In this document: in pieces, positions 53,869 through 64,000 of the stretch
Numbering within the stretch: the stretch's first letter is position 1
How the letters are laid out: each line of letters begins with the position of its first letter
Notes under the pieces: model-generated
What the model saw: only the letters and a program-made list of their open reading frames with translations
The model's database searches: none
What the model was told of the DNA's origin: nothing
Source: Octopus vulgaris
Taxonomy: Eukaryota
Assembly: GCA_951406725.2 (NCBI GenBank)
Contig: OX597817.1
Location: 73,842,001 to 73,906,000, forward strand
Length of the DNA: 64,000 nt
Reading direction: 5' to 3'
Program-made: the position numbers and the translations under genes

Positions 53869-54025
53869 TGGTGGAGGTGCTAATCTCCCCTTCGAAAACA
53901 TAAGGACACAGCAAATGTATCGTGGCCAACTGGAAACGGTGTTTCCTAGGGCTAATAGCATTAGTATTCTTCCCTTTCATGGAACTGCCACATTAAATTG
54001 GCAACATGCCATCACTACCATCACT

Positions 54026-54124
<99 letters not shown>

Positions 54125-54283
54125 GTAATCGGTCAGTGTACTCATTTCAAAATTAAGAAATTAAATTCCAAGGCGTACCTATCTATTTTTTTCCGTCGAT
54201 AGCTTATATGGCCTAATATTAGACTATTTTCTATAGCCAATATACGGTGAACGCTTATAAGATGAAGCTTATAACTATATTAG

Positions 54284-54314
<31 letters not shown>

Positions 54315-54323
54315 TCATACACG

Positions 54324-54370
<47 letters not shown>

Positions 54371-54374
54371 ATAT

Positions 54375-54605
54375 TTGCTTCCCAAACACATGGTTCCAAG
54401 TTCAGTCCTACTGCGTGGCACCTTGAGTAAGTCTTTGTTATTATAGCCTAGGCATTACCAAACCCTTGTAGAGTGGATTTGGCGGACCGAAACTGAAAGA
54501 AGCCCGTTCTATGCATGCATGTATGTATGTATGTATGTATGTATGTATGTATGTATGTATGTATGTATGTATGTATGTATGTATGTATGTGTGTATGTAT
54601 GTATG

Positions 54606-54641
<36 letters not shown>

Positions 54642-54866
54642 CATACATACATACATTGTGCCTATGTTTGCCCCTCCCCACCGTTTGACAACCGGTGTTA
54701 ATGTATTTACGTCCCCTGTAACTTAGCGGTTCGGCTAAGTGACGGATAGAATAAGTATCATGCTTTACAAAAAAAGTAAGCACTGGAGTCGATACATTTG
54801 ACTAAAAATTCTTCAAAGCAGTGCCCCAACATGGTCGCAGTCTAATGACTGAAACAAGTAAAAGAT
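54375..54866 (+). mobile_element. Family B SINE with expanded internal (TATG)n
   Basis: ttgcttcccaaacacatggttcc...ggaaactgaaagaagcccg-(tatg)n-...aatgactgaaacaagtaaaaga. Confidence 0.88.
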
Positions 54867-55734
54867 ATATATTCCATACGTTCTGAACGAGCGTATCACG
54901 CGAAAATCCGAATGGAGAGTGAGTCTTCGTTTCTTGTAACAAAAGCAAGATATACTGTGGCCATCGAATACTTTATTCGTTCACAAATTTAAACATAAAC
55001 ACACCCCTTTCCCATATATGTTTGTGTGTGTGTGTGTGTGCGCGCGCGCGCGAGCACGCTTGTGTTAGATTTTATTTCAAGTTATTCATGAAAACAGTTT
55101 TACATTAAAATTAGGAATTACCGAATACATTTTAATAGGGTTATACATTTTATTTTTGCAAACCAAAACGTCGATATCACAGTCAACATTTTCCTAGCAA
55201 AAATTAATAAATATACATATATATTCGATTGGATCTTTCTTCTAGTTCTACCAGCATCAGATCACAGCAGACTAGTAAAAGGCGCGTGGTCGCGACGCCA
55301 TGCAGTTTGACAGAAACTGGAACGTCGTGGTTGAGATGTGAAATTCTCCTCTCTACTGCTACCCGTATAGTAGTCATGTCATATTCAAATTTTGGAGGGA
55401 TAGTAACTGTAAAATAATGGTTAAGCATTGTCAACGTCACGTTTAGCATAGCTGCTGTCTATCTAAATATTCTAATACGTTTTACGTTGTCTAAATGTGC
55501 AGCCTTTCTCTGTATTGAACAAGCCAAATTTGTGAATAATACCGCTAGAATTCTATATATAGACATACAGCTATCTGCAGCAGACCTCTTTATTACAGAT
55601 ATATCTTGAAATATGTATAAAACCTTCTCTCCACGGTATCTATTAAATATTAAGTCAGATATGTACGCATTAATGCATTTGTTGATGTGGGTGTGTGTTT
55701 ATATGTATCTAACTCTCTCTCTCCCGATCTCCCC

Positions 55735-55767
<33 letters not shown>

Positions 55768-55800
55768 GAAAGAGAGAGAGAATATATATATATATGTATG

Positions 55801-55848
<48 letters not shown>

Positions 55849-56024
55849 GTATGTATGTATAAATACATATACGCAGGAATAAATATGTTTGTGTGTGAAT
55901 GCATTTATATATGTGCGTGTGTGAATACAAACTTACATATTTACTCATGTAAATGTATAAACTTATATACATGTATATTTATATCTAAATCTATAACATC
56001 AAAAATATATATCTAACTATATAT

Positions 56025-56101
<77 letters not shown>

Positions 56102-56145
56102 TAAATTAGAGATAAAACCACTATTAGGCAAATCAAACAGTGAAA

Positions 56146-56205
<60 letters not shown>

Positions 56206-56362
56206 TAAATTAGAGATAAAACCACTATTAGGCAAATCAAACAGTGAAAAACATAAGCCAATACATAAAATTAATTTAAAAATATAAAAGTTAAAAATTT
56301 AAAAATTATTTAAATAAATTAAACTTATAAATTTTATTTATAAGTTTGGATTTATTCCCTAA

Positions 56363-56434
<72 letters not shown>

Positions 56435-57039
56435 AGGACAGTTGGTTGGGGGGCAAATGCACCTGAGTTTCAAAATGAATTGTAGGTTTTAAATTTGTTT
56501 GCCAAATTTATTAAAATTACTATTGTATACCGATTTCAGCATTCTTTATTATTATTTTTTTGTTGTTTTTCAATAGTAAACTAAAAAAAAGTTTACAAGA
56601 AATTGAAGGTATAGGGGAAAAGTCGGTGAAACATTTTTTTTTAAAATCAAAGGTTCATACACATTCAAACATTCAATAATATTCACAGTAATAGAAGTTA
56701 CAAAATTGAAATGTTCGATGACTCTCATAACAGCAATTACTATATAACTGAGAATTTAGTGAGTTTCAAGGAAGAAGTTACTGGTTTAAATTTGAACGTC
56801 TTCACCAGCAAAGCCAACGATGAAGGAGTTTCCTCCACGTACTGCGACACAAGTTATAAGAAATTTTGATTTCTGTCTTTTTCTTCTTACTTTTTTAAAA
56901 CTTCATCGTATCTAATTGTTGATATGAGTTATTGTTTTGAAACCCACCGAGCTCTCAAAGAGAGACTACCATTGTGAAATTCATCGAACCTTTCAAATTT
57001 TTTTTTTTTTTTTTTATTGTGAAATTTATTGAATATTTG

Positions 57040-57515
57040 AATTTCGTGGACGAGAGACGTTTATCCTAATTAGAGACGAACTCAAAGTAAAGTTCGACTG
57101 GTACTAGTTTCTTCGATAGCACCGTCCTACGTGCGCCTTTGAATGCATGTAATACGTGAGCTACTACGAAAAAATGGAAGAATATTCATTGGCTACGGCG
57201 CAAAGAGCCATAGAAAGATCCATGCTAAGAATATCATTGTGAGAGCACATCCGAAATGAGTTGATTTGAGAACGCAGTAGAAGGACAGTCATAATTGCAG
57301 AATGACGAAAGCACAAGTTCCGCTGAGCCAGATATGCTGCGAAGCTCATAGGCAACAGGTGAACTCCTAAAGTTACTGAGTGGTTTCCAAAAGTTCGTCT
57401 TACCATTGTCGTGACGACAATGGTAAAACGATTTAGGACAGCGAATTGGATTAAGCCTGTAAAACAATGGCGTACATAAGAATTGAAATCGCATTGTGAC
57501 CTGCGTTGTATAACA
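57040..57515 (+). mobile_element. RTE-clade LINE 3' fragment
   Basis: FDSTVL...ATTKKMEEYSLATAQRAIERSMLRISL*EHIRNE...KFR*ARYAAK..NR*TPKVTEWFP matches the RTE-1 C-terminal pattern QRAMERSMLGISL..HIRN..WAGH..W. Confidence 0.85.
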
Positions 57516-57554
57516 ACATGTAGTAGATTTGCATATGCACATATATACATGCAT

Positions 57555-57628
<74 letters not shown>

Positions 57629-58138
57629 GTGTATGCATTATATGTGTGTGTACATGTAAATATATGTGTATATGTCTTATGCTTTTTGGAACGGAGTAAC
57701 TTGAGCCTGATAAAGCTATGAAAAATAACTTGTAAAAACTTTGCTAGAAAAAAACGCCGAATGCTGCCTGTGGGGCTCGAACCTACATATGCGGTAAACA
57801 TGACAGACGTTCTACTTTAGAAACTCTGTTTTTTCCAGTGAAAACTCATTGTTGTTGAAAGTCATCGGAATTTATATATTTGAAAGAGCGTGAAATAATT
57901 TCTTTGAGATGTGTGTGAGTAGGTGGGTGGGATGGACGTTGAAATTCAAAGCAAAAGAACCTGTAAGAGTTCATGTAACCAAACATTTACATGCTTTGTA
58001 ATTTGAAACACGTAGAATTCTTAGAAACTTGTAAATATCTTAGTCTGAAAACAAAGTTATACGACTTCCTAAATCTATAACACAACAAAAATCCATTACT
58101 GCGAAGAGTAGTCTTCACTTAAAAATAAAAGTTATGAA

Positions 58139-58222
58139 TGTCAGAAGTGGGATTCGAACCCACGCCGGGAAGACCCGACTGCGACCTGAACGCAGCGCCT
58201 TAGACCGCTCGGCCATCCTGAC
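58139..58222 (-). tRNA. trnL(CAG): tRNA-Leu(CAG)
   Basis: gtcaggatggccgagcggtctaaggcgctgcgttCAGgtcgcagtc...gggttcgaatcccacttctgaca, 84 nt, long variable arm, T-run terminator just downstream. Confidence 0.96.
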
Positions 58223-58759
58223 TTGCTGAAAAACTCAATCACGTTTTAATGTTTTATCAGTAATGAGATAAAGCGTAGTAATTTGTTGCGTAGTTTGTTT
58301 GTTGTAGTTTTATGTGTGTTGTCTGTGTGAGCTTGTGTGTGTGTGTGTGTGCGTCCGCGCGCGAGTGCCCGTGCACGCGTGTGTTTCTGCTTGCGAAACA
58401 CGACTCCAGTGTCTCATAGTGGTTCTATGGCAGCTATTGTATTGAGGTACATACCCTCGAAGGTTCAGTCAATTTATGATGGTACCGGACTCCGTCCTCA
58501 ACAGAAATACAATCTCGTTAAAGAGGGCATCTAGTCTGCTCTTTTGAGATTGAAAGTTAGCTAAACCAAACAGTTAGTTATGACCAGCCCTCCGAGCTAG
58601 CGCAGTGGCTTCATTTTAAAACAAGAACAAGGCAATCAAATAGACCTCAGTATCATATATTACAATCATATCGCTTGAATACAGTTAATCGAAATCCGGG
58701 TGACCAGAGGTTGTTAAGAATTTCAACTAACTATAGGTCCCCTTGGGATCGGATGACAA

Positions 58760-59320
58760 TTTGCCACACTTACCTACAGCTGCAATTGTTTGAGAAGTAG
58801 AAAACAATTTACATATACATGGGATACATAGCGAATATGGGGGAAACATGAATGCCGAAATCTTGAGGAGCGCAAAGGGAAGAGGAAAGTCATTTACCCC
58901 AATTAGAGATGAGCCCAAAATAAAGTTGGACAAGAACACTAAGTGACAGTGTGTTCAATGAAATCGTTCGAAAAGATGGAAGAACATCGATGGACTACTA
59001 CCAAAGGGCCAAGGAAATATCCATGCTACGAATATCATTGCGAGAGTATATCCTAAATTAATAAATTCCAGCACGGAGTGAAAGGAAAGACATGATTGTA
59101 GAATGACGAAAGCACAAGTTCCGTGGACCGGACATTTTGCAAAGTTCATAGACAACAGATGGACCTCTGCAGTTGCTGAGAGGTTTCCAAAAGCATGGAA
59201 AGACCACTTAGAAGTTCTCGTCGATGGTAAGATGATTTAGTTGAACAATTTGTGCATAAACTGTAAAACAATAACGCACTGAACTGAAAGCGCACCCTGA
59301 TCATCGTTGTGTAAGAGCAA
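58760..59320 (+). mobile_element. RTE-clade LINE 3' fragment, second copy
   Basis: Aligns with 57040-57515 (atccatgcta.gaatatcattg.gagag; agaatgacgaaagcacaagttccg). Confidence 0.8.
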
Positions 59321-59381
59321 GTGATAGTTTGTGTGTAGAAACATAGATATTCTCCTACTGTTAAAGTAGTTAAAAATCATT

Positions 59382-59467
59382 GTCAGAATGGCCGAGTGGT
59401 CTAAGGCGCCGCGTTCGCCTAACAGTCAGTTTTTTCCCCGGTGTGGGTTCGAATCTCACTCCTGGTA
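59382..59467 (+). pseudogene. tRNA-Leu pseudogene, anticodon arm disrupted
   Basis: gtcagaatggccgagtggtctaaggcgccgcgttcgcctaacagtc...gtgggttcgaatctcactcctggta; A and B boxes retained. Confidence 0.85.
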
Positions 59468-60026
59468 ACCACGGCTTTTTTTTTTTTTTCGTTTTTAATA
59501 AAGACTGCCCATGGCCATGTTGACTTTTTGTTGCATGGTTGACTTAGTAAGTCATACTTCTAACCAAACCACTTATAAGGGCCTACGAATAAACCTACGT
59601 GTTTCAAATTATAGTGCATGTAAATGAATGACACACTGACAATTTAACTTTTTATCAGTATTGACATAAAGAATTGTCATTTATTGCGTAGTTTATTAGT
59701 CGTGGTCCTCTGTATGTGTGTGTGTGTGAGTGTTTGTGTGTGTGCGTGTGTGTGCCCGCGCGCCTGTGTATGAAATTTTTAGAGATTCGACTCCAGTGCC
59801 TTATAGCGGTTCTGTTGCAGCTATTGTATCGAGATGCATACCCTCGAAGGCCCAACCAAGCTACAAAGATACCGGTCTCCGAGCCGAGCGGAAGTACAAT
59901 CTCATTGAAGCGGGCATATTGTCTGCTTGTTTGATACAGGAAGTTCGCTAAACTGTAGACGTTGTCTTGTTTTTTCTTTAGACCGCCTACTGATAAAGCG
60001 ATAAAAAGTAAAATGCTGAGTATTAT

Positions 60027-60074
60027 GTCAGGAAGGCCAAGCAGTCTAATGCGCTTCGTTTAGGTCACAATCGG
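60027..60074 (+). pseudogene. 5' half of a tRNA-Leu, decayed
   Basis: gtcaggaaggccaagcagtctaatgcgcttcgtttaggtcacaatcgg. Confidence 0.7.
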
Positions 60075-60280
60075 ACAATGAAAACCGAAGCAGAAAAAGC
60101 TATAAATATCTAGAGAGTACTTTTAATCAAACATTTACATACCTTATAAATTGCAACATGTAGTGCATTCTTTGACACTTGTAAGTGGCTTGGTTAGAAG
60201 TACGATCCACTAAATCTACTTCACAGCAAAAATCTATTACAGAGACAAGTAGTGATCATGTAAAAAATAAAAGTAGTATG

Positions 60281-60364
60281 TGTCAGAAGTGGGATTCGAA
60301 CCCACGCCGGGAAGACCCGACTGCGACCTGAACGCAGCGCCTTAGACCGCTCGGCCATCCAGAT
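60281..60364 (-). tRNA. trnL(CAG): tRNA-Leu(CAG) with two acceptor-stem mismatches (possible pseudogene)
   Basis: Identical to 58139-58222 except the 5' end reads ATCTGG instead of GTCAGG. Confidence 0.8.
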
Positions 60365-60634
60365 TAGGATACTGGCTTTTTAACATTTTATCAGTGATAT
60401 CATAAAGAGTAGTAATTTGTTGTGTACTTTATTAATTGTGTTTTTTTGTGCGTTCTCTGAGTGCGTGTGTGTGTGTGCGTATGAGCGTAGCGCTGATTTT
60501 GACTCTGATTTTGAACATTTTATCAGTAATGGCATAAAGATCTTGGCACTAATTTTAAACATTTCGTCAGTAATGACATAAAGAGTAGTAATTTGTTGCG
60601 TAATTTATTAGTTGTAGTTTTTTGTGCGTTCTCT

Positions 60635-61919
60635 GAATGTGTAATAATCCATGAACGTTCCTTTTTTAAAATTTATTTTAAAGAAAAAACTACAACAAAT
60701 TAATTAATTATATACTCTCCATTGTTGTTTACGACCTCCTCCCAATCATTCAATAAGTTGTTCGATTCCTCGGTGATATAGACCTTCCAATCTTGACTCT
60801 AAGTATTCGTCCAACCAAGCCCTTAGTTCCATATCATTATTGAACGATGCACCGCGCAAAGCATTCGTAAGCGGTCAAAAGAGATGAAAATTTGATGGCG
60901 CCAAATCTGGAGAGTATGGTGGATGAGGCAGCACTTTCCATTCGAGTTCTTGAATCGCGGCTTTGGTCATATTGGCGATGTGAGGACACGCGTTGTCGTG
61001 TTGCAGAAGAACGCCATTTCGCCTGTTCGGCCTTTTTTGCTGAATTGCTTCGTTGAGTCGGTACAGTTGTTGAACCTAGAGCTCCGCATTCAGTGTTTGG
61101 TTTCGCTCAAGCAGTTCGTAATGAATTATGCCATCTCAGCCCTACCATATACACAGCATAGTCTTTTGGGGATGAAGGTCTTGTTTTGCTTGCGGAGTCA
61201 CTTGTTTGTTGGGGCTTAACCATTCTTTTCGTTGCTTCATATTGACATAAAGGCACCATTTTTCATCGCCAATGACAATGCAGTAAAAAAAACGATGTTT
61301 GTGACCAGGTGCTGAGCGATGTCGTGCAACAAAACTGGCAGCGATTGTGGAGCGTTGATTTTTGTTGTTTTCGCTCAAAGTGTGTTGCACCCAAGCGCCG
61401 AGTTTCTGAACCTTGTCCGTTGAGTGCAGATGGTTCACCACAGTATTTTTTTTTATTACAATCCACCTGCTCCGCAAATTCTCTGGTCGTTTGACGTGAA
61501 TTTTGTGAAGAAATTGATTCATTCGGTCTTTATAGAACTCAGTCGACTGGTGTGTGATCCGACCTTGAGGTCAAAATTCCCATTTTTGAAGCGCGAAAAA
61601 CATCGGCGGCGATATTTTGAGGCATTGCTCCTTTTCCATACACTACACAAATCTCACGAGCAGCTTCGGTGGCCTTAACACCGATTAAATGCAAAAGGCA
61701 AATGGTGTTGGAAATGCTCAGTTTTTTTCAATTTGACAATCCATTTTAATGATCTGAAAATACACAAAATTTTTAAAAAATTAAAAATCAAAACACACGA
61801 TCTTGTAGAATAAAAGATTCCCTTTTAAATAACATAAAACATTTGCCAATGCGTTTTATTTCTGCGTGCATTTTTAAATTTGAGAAAAAAAAACGCTCAT
61901 AAATTATTTGTCAACCCAA
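60635..61919 (-). mobile_element. Mariner transposon, defective (transposase 61744-60700)
   Basis: MDCQIEK.., GAWVQHTL (WVPHEL), GDEKW, QHDNACPH, HPPYSPDLAPSNFHLF*, NNGEYIIN*. TIR ttgggttgacaaataatttatgagcg with TA at 61920-61921; the other TIR is decayed. Confidence 0.93.
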
Positions 61920-62980
61920 TACAATTTATTTTCAAAATTACAGGCATGGTAAATTTAGTAGGACATAGTTCTACTGATTAAGAGTTAAAATCAAATAATT
62001 TATTTATAAGTGTCTATTTGCAAGAGTGCATCTATATATTTAAAACATTATTTAATTTTTATTTCAAGGTGGGGAATATCGGCGAATTGCTTAGCGATAT
62101 AAATTTGTGTTCAGTTACTGTCATTACCTGATGTAGTCCTAAATATGAAAAAAGAAACAGGCTGGAAGATCTTTGATTATAATTTTGTTCAGTCAGAAAC
62201 GTCTATGTGATAGTTCTGCTAAAAAGCTATAAATCATAAGCTGGGCTAGATAAAAAAAATCTTGTATACACAAATTCGATGAGGTCTCCCGCATAGTCTC
62301 CAACATTAATTAGCGAAAGTACATTTTGTTGCGGGAGCGCTGCATGTCTTCTACAATTTATGTATATAGATATATAATATGCAGACTGCAATGTATTTAC
62401 ATATATGTATTTGCGCATCCGAGTAGAAATATATATACATAAACTTGCATGCATGTATGCATTTGTGCATGTATATGTATATGTGTATATGTATAATACT
62501 TTTTTTTTGGAACGGTGGAAGTTGAAACCGATAAAGCTATAACTTATAACGTGTAAATACTGGGCCAAAAAGGAAACTTTGGATAGAAAGAAGATCTGAG
62601 GGCTGCTCGAACACACATCCGCGGTAAACATGATAGACGCTCTACCATATGACCAAAGCAATTCTTACCTTCGAGAACTGATTGTTGTTGAAAGTCATCA
62701 GAATTTATATACTTGAAAGAGCATGAAATAATTATTTTTTGTCTTTATATATTTTTTTTTATCGTTTTGGAACGATGAAACTCCGAGCAGAAAAATCTAA
62801 AAATACACAAAGAGTCGTTTTAAAGAAACATCTACATGTTTTACAATTTTAAACACGTAGATGCATTCTTTGTGCTTTAGTTTGCAAAGTTAGTAGAAAT
62901 ATGATTTACTAAATGTACCACACAAGAAAAAAAATCATTGCTGCGACTAGTAGTCATCATTTAAAAAGAAAAATTGCGAA

Positions 62981-63064
62981 TGTCAGAAGTGGGATTCGAA
63001 CCCACGCCGGGAAGACCCGACTGCGACCTGAACGCAGCGCCTTAGACCGCTCGGCCATCCTGAC
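62981..63064 (-). tRNA. trnL(CAG): tRNA-Leu(CAG)
   Basis: Identical to 58139-58222; T-run terminator downstream. Confidence 0.96.
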
Positions 63065-63233
63065 TTGCTGATTGTCAGGTTGACATTTTAACATGTTATC
63101 AGCGATGACAAAGAATAGTAATTTGTGGTGTAATTTTTTAGTTGTATTTTTGTGTTCTCTTAGTGTGTGTGTATGTGTGCTTACGTGCGTGTGTGCGAGC
63201 TTCTGTGTATGTATGTGCACACATATATACATG

Positions 63234-63234
<1 letters not shown>

Positions 63235-63327
<93 letters not shown>

Positions 63328-63328
63328 T
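63235..63328. repeat. (GATA)n microsatellite
   Basis: Directly visible. Confidence 0.97.
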
Positions 63329-64000
63329 TACTGATGTTGTTGTTGTTGTTGTTGGGAGAGAATGACTGAGTTAAGAATTTCGCTGTGTAATCATGAGATC
63401 CTGGGTTCTATCCCAATGTATAGCATCTCAGGAAAATGTATACTTATAAAGTAAAAAGGCGCTGCTAATGCTGGGAAAACATGAAGCACAACTTCAGAAG
63501 CAGTGTTCAGGAAAACCCCCAATAGTCAAAAGTACTGTATATCTGTTGTCGCTATAGTATGAACTTACTACGTTTTCAAGTTATTGGTTTGAAAATAACT
63601 ATTATTGCGCGTGTGCATGCGTGTGTGTGTATGTATGTGTGTGTTTGTGTGTGTGTAACCGAAATTATTTTATGAGTTTTTCACTCATTCAGCAGCTTGA
63701 TAGAATCAACTGCTGGAGAGGTTTAAGATCTCTTTAAAATGTGAAAAGCGAAACAGACTAGAGTGCAACGTAAGACGTAGGCAAAAGTTGTACTTAAAAG
63801 CTTAGAATTATAGACATAAACCCACAAATAAGTAATGCATGGGTAGTGACTAGGCAATGTCATGCCAATGTAAGAGCTGTGTTTAGGCAGGGAAAGTTTG
63901 AAAAGTTTGTATGTATCTCGGTTGGGCTTAGTTTCTGGCAAATCCAACACAACTATACATATAGAGTTGATCCCAACCAGAAATATCCTCTTGTAGCTCT

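Larger units (their letters stand above)
51690..54016 (+). mobile_element. Penelope pLTR/retrozyme-like repeat (inverted copy plus partial tandem), split by a 1.7-kb insertion
   Basis: 51690-51876 is inverted relative to 51928-52076 and 53962-54016. 51881-51931 is repeated directly at 53913-53962. Hammerhead at 53826-53868. Confidence 0.75.

Noticed and set aside
60700-61744. Mariner transposase as a domesticated SETMAR-like gene
   Set aside because: It has frameshifts and stops, retains a TIR, and has no SET domain.
63723-63950. SYIGMT as a GIY-YIG motif
   Set aside because: The flanking residues (upstream YxxxC, downstream R..H) are absent, and the window ends.

Overview
AT-rich, microsatellite-dense eukaryotic DNA, most likely an octopus (coleoid cephalopod). 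This is inferred from three abundant tRNA-derived SINE families resembling the published octopus OK/OR1/OR2 SINEs. No complete host gene is visible, and most listed ORFs are translations of (TA)n/(CA)n repeats. Recognisable content: dozens of SINEs; decayed Tx1/L1, RTE, Penelope (GIY-YIG), Tigger/pogo and mariner elements; a duplicated tRNA-Leu(CAG) cluster (2 intact genes, 1 acceptor-stem mutant, 2 relics); and a candidate signal-peptide first exon. Three observations stand out. (1) A 681-bp spacer-less palindrome (11047-11727) carries a type I hammerhead ribozyme (HHR) in each arm, and the only two differences between the arms each hit the catalytic core of one copy. (2) About eight further hammerhead relics sit in Penelope/retrozyme-like repeats. 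(3) A TSD-flanked, ORF1-only (HAL1-like) retroposon is inserted next to one of these ribozymes and shares its 3' tail with the dominant SINE. All alignments were done by eye; the ends of decayed elements are approximate.
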